64,000 nucleotides of DNA from Camelus dromedarius (taxonomy: Eukaryota). The notes below the pieces were generated by a model. It saw only the letters and a program-made list of their open reading frames with translations. It had not been told where the DNA came from and ran no database searches. Below are positions 13,533 to 27,104 of this stretch, one piece after another (the first letter of the stretch is position 1; the number at the start of each line of letters is the position of its first letter). The DNA lies in contig NC_087437.1 of assembly GCF_036321535.1 (NCBI RefSeq), positions 12,464,001 through 12,528,000 on the forward strand, in the 5' to 3' direction. The position numbers were made by a program, and so were the translations under genes.

Positions 13533-14679
13533 CATGGGCTAGAATCATTGCTGATCCTGCAAGACAAGAAGAACCAGCTTCCAGGGACACAGTCTCAGCA
13601 TGCCTCCCCTTGTCATAAACAAGGTCACTTCCTTACCCCTACTCTTTCCCAGACAAAAATACAACCAAAGTCTGGGAGTTTTCCTATGGTGTGATTATGG
13701 TGAGAAAACAAACAAACAAAAAAGGCCAAAAAAATAAATGTTGGGTGATTTGGAGATTCTAGCACAAGTATCAAACCCAGGTCTTCTCTTTAAGAGACCG
13801 CCCAGTCGAGTGCAGGGAGGGAGGCAGGCACAGTGTATTAAACACCTCAGGCCTTGTGACACGTTGCTCTGTGAGATGCTGAGAAGTAGCACAAGGTCTC
13901 AGAGAAAGAAGATATTTGCCTGAATCTTTCAGCAAATCTTTATTGGGGGTCTTGAGCTAAATATTAACAATGAGCCAAAAAGAGGGTCAGAATGGAATGA
14001 AATCAAGTTCACCTTAGAAGAGGTCTGCTAAGATGTGAATGCCCCCAGGGTCATGATATTATCTTATTCATTTTAAAAACCCCAATATAAGTACAGTTCC
14101 TGGCACCTGGCATGAATTTTCCCAGATGAGTTTTTGATAGCTTTGTCTCTGGGATTTTGATTTTGCAAAAGCCACAGTTATTCAACACTTCTACTCCTGG
14201 CTCTGATGAAGTGGCTTGTAGCAGACCAATGACCCCAGGAAGAACTAGGAAAGACAGAGAAAATTAAAATAAAAGTCTGTTTCCAGGCATGAGAGATCTG
14301 CCAAGGCATGTAAAACTTGAGGGCCAAGCCCTCTGAGAAGAGAAGGCCCCACACTCTTTCTCCCTCAGTCAGCTTTTCATTCTTAGTTGCATAAGACAAG
14401 AGGTTAAGAAGCCAAGCAAAGGAAAAACTGCTTTAAAAAAAATAATAAAAAGAAGTGCAGTTTTCGGAATCTCATGGTGTTAGAAAGGCAAAAATTAGAA
14501 TACTGGGGAGGGTTTGTCATAAACATCCCAAGCTCTCCTTGGGAATCCCTAGAAAGCAGCACTCTAGGAATGGGTAAGATGCAACGTAGACCCAGCCCAA
14601 GAGAGGTAAGCTGTTCTCTCTGGTCCACTGAACCCTTGATTAGATCGAGGTCTGCTCTCCTCACTCTAGATATCTACGT

Positions 14680-15310
14680 TTACCATTTACCTACAGAGAG
14701 GATTTACTCACCAAAGGAAGTAAGTCATCACCCACAGCCTCTAAAATTTTCCTACACAGTGTCCTTCATTCCATCAAAACCTACAAAAAAGCTAAGAAAC
14801 TAAGAAACCGGACCAGGAAGAAATAGATAATAGAATCAGACCCATAGGTGATACAGAAATGGTACATATCTCTAGAGAGTCTTTCATTTACCTTTTAAAT
14901 CAATGTAATTAGCAAATTCAAGAAATAAATGGTAGGATGGGGAATTTCACGAGAAAGCTATACTCTATTGAAAAAGAAAGAATCAAATAGCAATTCTGTA
15001 ATGAAGATCTCAAAAGATAAGTTTTAGCAGCTGGGACACAGCTTAAAAGGGGATAAGTGACCTATAAGATAGGTCAGGAAAAAGTATTCAGACTAAAGCA
15101 GACAGAGGACTTAATTGGGTGGAAAATACAGAGAAGAGACATAGGAGGCATATTGAAAAGTTTAAACATGTATATCTGGAGCCCCAAAAGGAGAGAAGAG
15201 AGAGGATGGGATAGGAGAAGTTTTAAAGACCAAAAGGCTATGAATTTTCCAAAATTGATGGAGGCCATCACTACAGCTTAAGGAACATAATTTGAATCCC
15301 AAGCTGGATA
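14680..15310 (+). mobile_element. Ancient L1 (L1M/L1ME-like) ORF1-region remnant
   Basis: A-rich, degenerate ORF1-like motifs (ggagccccaaaaggagagaagagagag...gaattttccaaaattgatg). Confidence 0.6.
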
Positions 15311-17330
15311 TGAAACCCAATTACTCAAAGTCAGTTTCATTCAACACTCTTGATTTGTTCATGGTCTAGAAGTAAAACCACGTGAAACTTTTTGAGTGCA
15401 TGTGATTTAGGCTGGAGAATAAGATGCTATTGTTAAACTTGACCTCAATGTTGCCTTTAAAGCAGAGAAAACCTAGGCAGATCAGGCTAGGATAAAGTCA
15501 CACTGGCTTAACTTTAGAACCAGACCAAAAATAAAAACATCAGCCCTGTGATTTTATTTCTTTTTAATTTGCTCTGAAGTAAGAAGAGGCTATGTCCCAA
15601 ACAATTCTTCCATCCTAATAACTTTTTCAGCTTTTCCAATCAGCCTGCTATTTTCCTGGGAAATCTTGTCTTCTTTGACATTTGAGTGTTGGTATTTAGC
15701 ACTTTTATTTCCACTTCTTTTTCTTTTATGAAATCGTGCATCATCTTTACTTTTTTTCACATGCCAAGTTTTATAAGCTGTGAATTCTTTTTTTTTAATA
15801 AAAGCAAAAACTCTAGTTTGGTTTTTTTTTTCCCAGAAGCTTATAGTTGAAGGACAACACCTCCCTAATAACTTTGTTCTGAATATTTCAGGATTTCTTT
15901 TTCTTCCCCCAGACAGGACCCACCTGGAGCCTGTCAGAGGCTGCTGATAAGGCAGGGAAGAGGTGGGTCTTGGACTGTGAAAACCCAATTTGAAAATTGG
16001 GCTGGAAGCTCCCACTGCTTGACTCTGATTTGAGGCAAGCAGGGAGGAGTGATATTTGTCAACACGTCACTGGCCTCTCAGGTTGTTTTCCACCGTTTTT
16101 GGCAGTCTCTGCTCCTTCGTTCTTTCCAGAGGGCTCTTCTCACTGATGAGCATGGCTGGTTTCCCTCCACATTAACAAGGTGTTGGCTGCACCCTGCTTA
16201 ACATTCCAGCAGGGTTCGCTGAGCCGGCCTGGAGTGCTGTGCAGCCAAGAAGGACATGCTCCCTAGTAGAACGTTGACTTGCTAATGCTTATCCCCCTGG
16301 AAGTCCCTGGAGCACTGCTGTTTTCAAAGAGTTACTGCCTATTGGACCAGAGGGAGACCAGACAGCCAACTTTCTGGCCCCCATTTTTGGAAGGATATGA
16401 TTCTAGGGAATGGAGAATTGGCCCCGTCTAGAGAAGGTTAGCATAAATATTCCTCAACACCCTCTCCTTTTCATTCTCGGGCAGACATTTTCTGGGCACC
16501 TACTATTGTCGAAGTCCCCAGAGTAGCGGGTAGAGATGGGATGGAAGAAGGGGACCAGGATGAATTAGGCACGGTCTCTGTATTTCAAGGGCTGCCCACA
16601 GAGAAGCCCCTCTTTGATGGCAGATCATTGTTACAGTTACAGTTACATAAAACAAGTGACAGTAACTTTTTTTGGAGTTTCTAACCTGGAACACCAACCC
16701 CCACCCCCTTCTACTCCCACCCTGCAGCTGGTGATGGCTTCTCCAAGAACATCATTTGCTCAATACGTTTTGTCAAGGATCCTAACACATCTCTTGCCCT
16801 GTCAACATTTATTCTATGTTTTTTCAACCTGTGGGAAAGGAGGCTGACCTGAGGAAAAAATATGAGGATAAATCTCAGTCCCCTGAGACAGACTGCAGGG
16901 CTGCCTAAATGCACATCTGAGAGGTGGGCCTGGGTTCACCTCTCTGCCTTCTCCATGAGACCTGAGACTTTCAAGGTCAACACTGTATTTTAGTCTTACT
17001 CCCCAGGGATTGGAGCAGAGACCTGGCTTCTAGTGGGACTCATGAAAGCCATTAAAAGTTTTTCCTTTTGAGCCACAAGGTTGACAAGTCATCTACCATA
17101 TCAGTGATCCAAGACAAGAAGGCAGCTGCAGTATGCTCACAAACGTGTTCTAAGAATTGCTGTGTATCAGGCACTGGGCTTGGGGACGTGGGAATATGAA
17201 CTTCCTGAAGGGAGAGCCCCTGCTCTCACCTGGCTTACAATGTGGGTGGAGAACTGAGCTATGTGTGGAAATACCATCATCCAAAGCAGTGTGGGACAAG
17301 ACCAGAACTGGCATAGTAAACATTCTGGAT

Positions 17331-17520
17331 CTTCGCTACCAAATGTTAGCCACTAGCAATGTGTGGCTATTTAAAGTCAAATTAAATTAAATGAGATGGA
17401 ATGGAAGATTCTGCCCTTCAGTTGCACAAGCTGCGATTCAAGTACCCATGTGGCTACTGCCTTGCGTGGTGTAGAGCACAGATTTATTTCCATCATCACT
17501 GAGAGGTCCACTGGACAGTG
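17331..17520 (-). mobile_element. MER3/MER33 (hAT-Charlie) remnant
   Basis: tagccactagcaatgtgtggctatttaaa...ctggacagtg. Confidence 0.7.
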
Positions 17521-18044
17521 GCTCTAGAGGGTCAGAGAGATGAGAAAGCAATTCTGTTCAGTTGATCAAGGGAGGTTTCATGGCAGATGTGACAGAGGAG
17601 CCAGCCGTTGGCAGAGGGCTGGGACCCTGGTGAGAAAGGGAAGACCTTCCAGAGAGATGACATAAGCCAAGGGGACTGTTGGAGCCTGCTGGGTCGTAGC
17701 ATTAGTAGCAGTAATACCTTGGTCACCCTTCCAAGGGTATTCCTCCTCTTCCATCCTTGGTGGACCCCCACCATCTAACCACGAGGGGTACTGTCCTTGG
17801 TCCTCCCTCCTTTTTCATGGGATTGCAATCTATTTCCCTGACCCTCACCTTCCCCGGCATGCCTAGGCGTCCTGCCATATCCAGGTCTGGCCACACTTAG
17901 GTCACAGATGCACATGACCACTTACCAGATGTGCTTAAACCCTTCCTTGGAAGTTCCAGTGAAGGGCTAGCCCGGAGTCAGAGTTGTCCTCCTCTGTGCG
18001 GGAAGACACATGCTCTGAGGAAGCACAAAGCCTTCATCAGGGAT

Positions 18045-18435
18045 TGAGCTGGTTCGCTAGGGCTGCCGTGACAGAATACCACGGACCGGCTAGCTTAAGC
18101 AACAGACATTTATTATTGTCTTGCAGTTCTGGGGATGGAAGTCGAAAATCAAGGTGCCAGTAGGGTTGGATTCCTCTGAGGCCAGCCTCCTTGATTTGAG
18201 GTCAGCCGCCTTCTCACTGTGCCTTTACAAGGTCATCCCTCTGTGCACGCGGCCCCTGGGGTCTCTTCCTCTTATGGGGATATTGCATCTTGGATCAGGT
18301 TTTGCCCTAACAACCTGATTTCAACAACTTGAGTCACCTCTTTAAAGACCTTATCTCCCAGTATGGCTACCTTCTGAGGCTCTGTGGGTTGAGACTCCAA
18401 CACTGGGATTTGGGGAGAACACAGTTCAGTCAGGG
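18045..18435 (-). mobile_element. MLT1A/B (ERVL-MaLR) solo LTR
   Basis: ctagggctgccgtgacagaataccac...aacagacatttatt...cagttctgg...aatcaaggtgccag...aagaccttatctcc. Confidence 0.85.
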
Positions 18436-18924
18436 ATGAATAAAGACAGGGTCATCTGCCTTAAAACCAGATCCCACAGCCACCACAGCCATGTCAGACC
18501 CTTAAACTTGAAGCCTTTCATTGCCCTGCTCAGGGTGGTGAGGGCTGGGCTTTATCATGTATACAAGGTGCCTACTTGATTATAGTATGTTCTCATCATG
18601 CCACGGCATCCCAATGGCAGCTCCTTGTCCCCACGCACCCTTGTTTGGACACCTCCAAGTTACATTTCTGCCTTTAAAGCGGAGCAATTTATCAGGTTTC
18701 TCTGGAGTAAGCACTATCTTTCACAACGGTCTTTTTTCCTATTTCTACCAGCCACCTTTTTTGACTGTTCCCCAACTGGCTGTGATCTTTCCAGGCTAGT
18801 TTTGCCAACCACATCGTGTGTTCCTTCAAATGCCTTCAGTGGGTCCAATATTTGCAGTGTTCCTCAACAGAAGGTAACTTCCCCTCCACTGCAAGCCTCA
18901 CTACAGATAAAACAGGTGGACTTA

Positions 18925-19135
18925 CCAGGCAGTGTGGGGGTCCAAAGAGACTTGGATTCAAATGAAAATTACTCACTGGCATTTGAGACATGTTAACTGC
19001 AACTTGGTTACCTCGCCTATGCATAGTATAGGTATAATGATACTTAACTTGAATGTTGCTGGAGAGACAGTTTATATTGTATACAAGGTACCTACTTGAT
19101 TATAGCATGTTCTCAGCTAAAGACACAATAATTGT
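18925..19135 (+). mobile_element. Highly diverged MIR SINE
   Basis: agacttggattcaaat...ggtataatgatacttaactt...; weak MIR resemblance. Confidence 0.5.
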
Positions 19136-19258
19136 TACCATCCCTGACCCTACTTTGGATTTCCGCTTTCTGTAGCTTTGAGCACCACTCCATCAGCTAG
19201 CTGTGACCTCAGCCCTTTTAATGCCTCTTAGTTCCATGCTTCATGGTCCATCTTTTTT

Positions 19259-19265
<7 letters not shown>

Positions 19266-19301
<36 letters not shown>
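19266..19301. repeat. (AC)n microsatellite
   Basis: Perfect AC run. Confidence 0.97.
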
Positions 19302-19303
<2 letters not shown>

Positions 19304-19309
19304 CTGCAG

Positions 19310-19760
19310 AAAGCTGTCAGCCCCGTTCACATTCTTTCCTCCTCCCCTCTGCACACCAAAGGCTGCTTACTTAAGTACCTGCAGCTCTCTGCCTAAAGAC
19401 ATTTTTCCTGGCCGGGAGAGCATCCTCAGCTCTGATGCAGTGTAAGCTGAAAGTGTCAAAAAATTAAACAGCCCTCAACAAAGGCCAACGGGAAGCTGGT
19501 CGATCAGTCCTGGGGCCTTCCTGCTCTTTTGGGAGGATAACCCTCAAGTGCATTCTACACTCTCTTCCCAAGACCCCGAGCAGGCGTGAACTCCAGTTGC
19601 CCACAGTGGACAGACACCCTGTAACTGCCTGTCCTTTGACCATCTCCCTTCACCATCTCCCTTCCCCATAGCCCCACTGCGTCCTGAGATTGAGATTCCC
19701 CCATAGAAACTACATGCACTCAGAACCTCTCAGTATCTGCTTCTGCCCACCTTAAGACAC
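19310..19760 (+). mobile_element. LTR16-like (ERVL) LTR remnant
   Basis: gaactccagttgcccacagtgg...aaactacatgcactcagaacc...tctgcttctg...taagaca. Confidence 0.55.
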
Positions 19761-21549
19761 AAACCTAACAGGTGTCATCTTTCATCAACTACACAGAACA
19801 TGCTCAGTTGCTCACTTCTTCAGTAACACCTGACTTAATGGGTGGCAAACAATTGGCACTCACTCCAAACAGTGGCCACAGGGCATTGGGTTATGGCTCC
19901 TGCAGTATCTCCAGAGCTACCAGAAGTTCTTTTTCCATGAAAGAATTGTTAAGGGATGATCTGCCCGGTTCTAGGCAGCAAGCAAAGCAAGCAATAACAT
20001 AGCAAATGCCATCGCAGCATATAAAATACAACAACAACAATGCTATTAAATGCTCAGGAGTAAGAGCGCCAGTGCAGTGGGTCCTTTGTGATTCTGCCTG
20101 GCATCCTGCAACCCTCTGGCCACACTGGCCTAAGCTCACTGCCGTGAGCTCTCTCGTCCTTGTTCCTTGATACCAGGCGAAAATGTGTAGCTCATGAATT
20201 TGTTTTACTGACACAGCAAAAAAATTCGTTCACCTTTATTTTCCTATTGTTTTCCCGAGAGACCGTACAACTGACTTTGCTTTTGTCATTAAGCATCTGC
20301 TAGCGAGGGCTCTGCGAACCTTCTTCCCCCTCATCAGATCACACACCATATGCCATTATCTGCTGGGTTGCACATTTTCTTGGTTGACAGTCACCGTAAA
20401 CTTTTGCATGTCTGGAACACATTCATCATAAGCTCAAGATTTTATTCAAAATTGTGTGAACTCCGCAGTGTCACGGGGTAGAAGGATCTTCTCTGAATGA
20501 CTTAAATATTCGGGATTCATAGGGAAGACAAAATCCCAGAGTAACGCTGGTCGTGAGAATCTCTAAATGTGGGGCTACGCTTAAAATTTCTGAAGATTTG
20601 AAAGCACGAAAGCGGTGTGCAGGGGGTAACCTGTACAAAATTTAGCTTTCTTTATTACAAAGGACTCTGATGGTGTCCCCTCTAATAATATGCAGAATTA
20701 AGAGCCAATAGAACCTGGGATACATCCAAGCCAGCTGAGCAATTCCTTCATGCCTGTTCTCCAGAAGTTTCGCCGTTAAAAGCCCCATGGGTACAGAAAC
20801 TACTTAAATGCCTTTTATACAGTGGGGTCTTACTTTCACATCCCAGGAATTCTCCAGTGTTCTTTATTGGGGAGTTGCAGAAACAATGAAAATGTGGCTA
20901 CTTTTGGCCCTGGACAAATTCAAAGTCAGACACACATGTATTTACGTCAGACAGTTTCCCACTGCTACAAATCTTGGTCGCTCTTCCATGTTCGAGCACC
21001 ATTTATGCCAATCTAGTTACTGTTTTCATCCATTCTCTTAGCTGATCAATCACCCATCATTCCTTTTGGTGAGATTTTGTGCTCTGGTCCAACGCACTGT
21101 GCGGATCCCCCAGTCCTGAGAATGACGGGTAACAACTGAGCATTTACAGGCTAATGTACAACCAAGTAGGCTCAGTCTGCTGCCTGCGAATTTCCACGGG
21201 CTGGATGATCAAATGCTCCTTTCCCAGGTGCTAGCCTTACACAGTTTCACAAATCTGTCTCTAGAGCTTCTTCTCAAACCAGTGACAGAATAAATGCTAG
21301 AAACATATTGTCCTGTCTTCTAGTTCTCACTTGAACAAGGCAGTTCTTTTTATCCTGGAATGTCAACTGATATCAGCTGACTATATAGAGAATCCTTTCA
21401 TTCATGTTTGTCTTCATGCTCTTTGAATCTGAGCCTTGTGGTACCTATGCCACCCATATAAAGCTGTGACTCATTTCATTTATTTATTCTTTGCTTAATT
21501 TGTTCTATGATCCCCTGACCTCTGGTAGAGAAAACCTAGAAAAAATTGG

Positions 21550-21763
21550 GGTGGTGTCTAAGCAGAAATTTGATAACACAGGAGGCCGCAGGAGCTAGTA
21601 TTTGGTGTCTTTGCCCAATTCTAGGTCCAGTGATGTCATGTTAGGTGATTCTTGAACTTGGCCATGGTCAGAGTATTTCTATCATGGAAATCAGCAAATA
21701 CTGTGAATCAGGGCTTCTCCCCCGCAGAGAGCCAGTCGTTAAATATTTACCAGCACACCACTG
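21550..21763 (-). mobile_element. MER63-like (hAT-Blackjack) MITE
   Basis: Ends gttaaatatttaccagcacaccactgg, the MER63 terminus. Confidence 0.7.
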
Positions 21764-21864
21764 GGCAAAGGTCAGCTTATATTTGGCCCAAAAAGTCAAG
21801 ATCTTACAAAAGCATTTGAAAAATTTTCAGAGGAATCAGAGCTGTTTCTATAAATTGGTGGATC

Positions 21865-22530
21865 CCAGTGCGTTGAGACTCAGTATCTCTATTATATACT
21901 AAATATTTTATAAAACATCCTATTCCATTCTGAAATGAAATTCACAGTAAATATAATCTACCTGCACAAAACTTCACTTTTTCTAAAAATCAGTATACTA
22001 TCCCAATGATAATGTAAAGGAAAAATGGAAGTTATTTATAATAGATAAATATCTATTTCAATATGTAAATGTTTGGGCATGTCCCCACTGGAAGATAAGA
22101 TAATGTTCATGTCTTTATGCAGAACCAAAAAGAAAGCAGTAGCTACAATGCAGACTGACAGAGGTGAGGTTTTGGTGAATCAGCGTGATGTCCTGAAATG
22201 ATGAACCCATGTTAAATACGACCTCCCCTCAATCCACCAGGTGACCGCCTCTTGGAAGGTCCAGTGCATTTTAAAACCATGCAAAAACACTTTGTGTGTT
22301 TGTATAAGAAGGAATTTGTTTCTAGGTTTAGGTCTTGTACCTGTGTGGATTATCCACCTTCTAAAGTCATGTGAGGCGTGGGTAATTCTTCACTGTACAG
22401 AAAAACTGGCATCTCTAGAACCAGCCACTAAATTCCAGAAGTGCCCTCAGTCAAACAGGCCACCAAAAGTACCTCCTAAAGACTCACAAAGTGGCCTAGG
22501 AATGGCACTGCCCTAGTTGAGAACCAGGAC
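21865..22530. mobile_element. hAT-Charlie-type DNA transposon remnant
   Basis: Charlie-like termini (ccagtg...; ...agttgagaacca) around an AT-rich interior; subfamily uncertain. Confidence 0.45.
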
Positions 22531-23459
22531 TCAAAATCAAGGCCCAGGAATTGTCCTTCAGGGCCTGGGCTCTACCCCTTTGTCTTCATGGGTTAGTATG
22601 AAAAGGAGAATTTGTTGACATCCAGGGAGGAGATCCCCAGCTACCCAAACTCTCAGCAAGTCCAAAAGATGCAGGGACAACTGGAAGAGACAATGCAGGG
22701 CTCTCAGGAAGCAGGACAGTGCAGGAAGGACTCCTTTCCAGCAGAGACAGTGCAGCAGGAGGCTAGAAACTGGGAGGCTGGATGAGGACAGGGCAGAAGC
22801 AGCTGGCTTTGGGGAAATGGCAAACTGTAAGTGGAATTGCCAGCCCTGATGAAAAGGTTGTCTGTCATGCAGGAATTGTAGGTAGCATGAGGAGCAGTCA
22901 TTATGGGGGCATCACAGAGCTGGAGACTCCCTGGAAATGACTCTGTAAACTATCTAATCCCTTTTGGCTTCTATTATGACATTGTGATCAAGATACTTCT
23001 TTGTTGGGGGATTGATAGCAAACAATTATCTAGAAAAAAATGGATTTTTTTTTTGTCCTCTTTCTCTCATTCCCTTCTTTCTCCTGCAGTTACTTTCTTA
23101 GATATTTATTTAAAAGATAAGAATTACATTCTGATCTATTTCTATTCTGAGACTTCGGTGTTTCTTCATAGATATTGCTGTTAAATCAGGGAACTGGCTA
23201 TGTAGATGCTTACATGAGGTTTTATCAAAATATTTTTTGTACTTTAGAGTCAAATACTCAAAGCTGGTTCTGTCGTGATTCCTAGGCACCCCATCGCCCT
23301 CTCCCCCAGTGTTTGACATGCTTATGAGAAGAGCTCCTCACCTCCTCAAGGCTGTTGACTGGAGTAGCTGTTCTCAAACTTTTTCAATCCAAGGACTAAT
23401 TGAGAGGAGTTTTTTTTTTTTAAAAATCCATCAGTCATCTGTCCCATTCACTCTTAATT

Positions 23460-24240
23460 TTTTTAAATAAACACTTTCTTGAAATACACATAGAAATAAG
23501 TGCACAAATCGTAAGTATCCAGTTTGGATTTTTTTTTTTTTTTTTTTTTACCAACTGACCATATACATGTCACCAACATACAGATAAAGAGTCAGAACAC
23601 CAAGAGCCTTTATACCTCCTTCTAGTCACTAATCCTGACCCAAGGGTAACAGGTAGCCTACGTTGTAACAGCAAAGATGAATTAGGCCTATTTTTTGTCC
23701 TTTATTAAAATAGAAACATAGAGTTGAACTTTTTTACATGTTTCTGGCTTCTTTCATTCAACGTTATATTTGTGGCATTCATCCATGCCACTGCATGTAA
23801 ATAAAGTTCATTCATTCTCACTGCTGAGTAGTATTTAATGGTAGAATATATCATATTTATTCATTCTACTACTGATGACTATTTGGGTAATTTTTCATTT
23901 GGGGCTATTATGATTAGTGCAGCTATGATCATTTTTTGTACATGTCTTTTATGTGAACACATGCATGCACTTCTATTGGGTATATATATAGGAATGCAAT
24001 CTCCATGTACCAGAGGTTGAAGTCTATCAGATTTCAATAGATATTGACAAATGGTTTTCCAAGAGAGTTTTAATTTCCACTGGCAGTGTATGAAAATTCA
24101 GGTTTCTCCACATCTTTGCACACCCTTGGTATCATTGTTTGTTTGATTTAATTTTAGCCATGTTGGTAGGTATGCAGTGTTATTGAGTTGTGGTCATAAA
24201 CTGCATTCCCAGAAAACCAACGAAATTGAGCACCTTTGAA
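23460..24240 (-). mobile_element. Old L1 (L1MD/ME-like) 3' region
   Basis: ggcttctttcattcaac...cattcatccatg...tttggggctattatgattagtgcagctatg, typical L1 antisense text. Confidence 0.8.
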
Positions 24241-24344
24241 CCAAGGCTAGTTGGTATTCAGCTGTAATATGCTGCCATGGCCAGTATTTATTCTCAAGGA
24301 TCAGTGCCTGTACTACACTGGGTGTTAAATATTTTATTAAATAC

Positions 24345-26900
24345 TGTTTTCTATGACAGATTTATTGATATATGATTGACATACATTAAACTGCACATAT
24401 TTAAAGTATAAAATTTGATACCTTTTGACATATGTATACACCTCTGAAATCATCACCACAATTAAAATAATATATACAGCAAAGGAAACAATTAAAAATG
24501 AAATGGCAACCTATGGAATGGGAGAAAATATTTGTATATCACAAATATGAGAAGGGGTTAATATCCAAAATATATAAAGAATATACATAACTCAATAGCA
24601 AAAAAAAAATCTAATTAAAAAATGGGCAGAGGATCTGAATAGACATTTTTCCAAAGACAACATACAGATAGATGGCCAACAGGTACATGAAAAGGTACTC
24701 AGCATCACTAATCATCAGAGAAATACAAAGCAGAACCACAATGAGATACCACCTCACACCTATTAGAAGAGCTGTCATCAAAAAGACAAGAAACAGCAAG
24801 TGTCCGTGAGGGTGTGGAGAAAAGGGAGCCCTCGTGCACTGCTGGTGGGAATGTAAATTGGTGCAGCCACTGTATGGAGGTTCCTCAAAAATTTAAAAAT
24901 AGAGCAACTATATGATCCAGAAATCCCACTTCTGGGTAATTATTCAAAGAAAATGAAAACACTAACTTGAAAAGATATCTGCACCCCCATGTTGAATGCA
25001 GCGTTATTTACAATAGCTGAGACATGAAAATAAACTAAATGTCCATTGACGGATGAATTCATTTAAAAATGTGAGATAGATATAGATATATATAGATATA
25101 GATATAGATGTATATATATGCCATAAAAAAGGAAATTCTGCCATTTGCGACAACATGGATGGACCTTGGGGGCATAATGCTAAATGAAACAAGTCAAACA
25201 GAAAATGACAAATACCATAAATACCATCAGATCTTACTTATACACTGAATCTTAAAAAAAAAAAACAAAAAACAACTAATAGATACAAGAACAGATTGGT
25301 GGTTGCCAGAGGCAGGAGGTAAGATCCGGGCAAAATTCATGAAGGTCATAAAAAGATGCAAACTTCAAGTGTTAAAATAAGTCCTATGGATATAATGTAC
25401 AGCATGATGACTATAGCTAACAATACTGTACTGTATATTTGAAAGTTGCTAAGAGAATAAAATTTGAAAGTTCTCACCACAAGAGAAAAACGGATTTGTA
25501 ACTACGTATGGTGATGAATATTAACTAGACTTACTGTAGTGGTCATTTTGCAATATATACAAATATTGAACCACTATGTTATCTCACTGCAACTAATATA
25601 AAGTTGTATGTCAATTATGCCTCAATTAAAAAAAATAATAACAATAATTAGCATACCTACCACCACCCCCAGAAGTATTTCTCCATATGCTTTTGTTATC
25701 TTGCCCTCTTGCCCCTCCCTTTTCCTCCAAACCCTGTCTTCAGGCAACCACTGATCTGCCTCCTCTACTGAGTATTAGTTTGTGTCTTACATAAATGTGT
25801 CTTACATAAATGGAACCATACCTTAAATACCATCTCGTGTCTATCTTCTTTCACTCCGCGTAGTTATTACGAGGTTCATCTATGTTGTACCATCTGTCAG
25901 TAGTTCACTCCCTTTCATTACCCAGAGCCCTCCGTTGTCTGGATGTACCAGAGTTCACCAGTTCACCTGTTACTGATGAACAGTTGGATTGTCTTCAGTT
26001 TGGGGCTGTTACAAATCAAGCTGCTATGAACATTCATGTTACTGAGTGAAAATAATGCTTTAACATACCAAATTAAATGAGTAAATACTCAGGAGTACAA
26101 TGGCTAGATTGTTTGGTAGGCACATGGTTCACTTTGCAGGAAATTTCCAGACTCTTTGCAAAGCGGTTGTATGGTTCTGCACTTCTAGAAGTAGCCTGTG
26201 AGAATTCCAGTTTCTCCACGGCCACAGCAACACCTGATTTGGTGGTCTTTTTAATATTAGAGGTCCTTGTAGGTGTGTCGTGGTATCTCACTGTGGTTTT
26301 AATTTGCATTTCCCTAATAACTAGTGATGCTGTGCATCTATGGGTTTGTTTGCCAGGGTAGTTTGTCTTTGGTGACATGTCTGTGCAAGTAATTTACCCA
26401 TTAAGGGGGAGGGTGCGGTGCTTGCTTTGTTATTATAGAATTTTGAAATTTCTTAAGTATTCTGGATACAAATTTATTTTTAGGTGTATGTTTTTTCACC
26501 TAATCTGTGGTTTATCTTCTCATTCTTTTAGCAAAGTTTCTCAAAAGAAAGAAGTTTTAAACTGTGATAAAAATCTAAATTATCATAATTGACTGAAATT
26601 CAATTTTTTAATTTTTTAAAAGAAAAAAGATCTGAATTATCAATTTGTATCTTTATATGTCATACTTTGGTGTCACAGCTTAGAAACCTGTGCCCAACCC
26701 AAGGTCACAAGCTCTTCTCCAATTATTTTGTCTAAATGTTTACAGCATTATGTTTCTAGGCCCATGATCCATGTTGAGTTAATTTTTGTGTATGGTGTGA
26801 GCTATGAATCATTTTTTGTTGTTGTTTTTCATTTTTTGCAGTGGATATCTAATTGTTTCAGTGCTGCTTTTTAGAGAGACTATTCTTTCTCCTGGTCTGC
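24345..26900 (-). mobile_element. Old L1 (L1MB/MC-like) 3' region, split by a nested + strand L1
   Basis: 3'UTR runs 24345-24470 and resumes at about 25640; ORF2 remnants in ORF 26073..26378 (SLVIREMQIKTTVRYH). Confidence 0.82.
24478..25637 (+). mobile_element. L1MA9-like LINE-1 (ORF2 end + 3'UTR + poly-A) nested in an older L1
   Basis: caacctatggaatgggagaaaatatttg (QPMEWEKIF) through gtatgtcaattatgcctcaattaaaaaaaa. Confidence 0.9.
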
Positions 26901-27104
26901 CTGTAGGTTGACTTTCCTTATCAGTGAATTAAAAGCATAAGTCTTATGCCACAGGTTTCAATTTTAAATTGATGTCTTTTAATAATTTGTCCTAATTTTA
27001 TTTTACTTACATTCAGATTGGCTTGAAACAGTAGATTAGAGTTTCTGCCCATTTAAAATTTCTACCAAGATGTACATGGCAGTATCTTCCAAAAAGTGCT
27101 TTTT

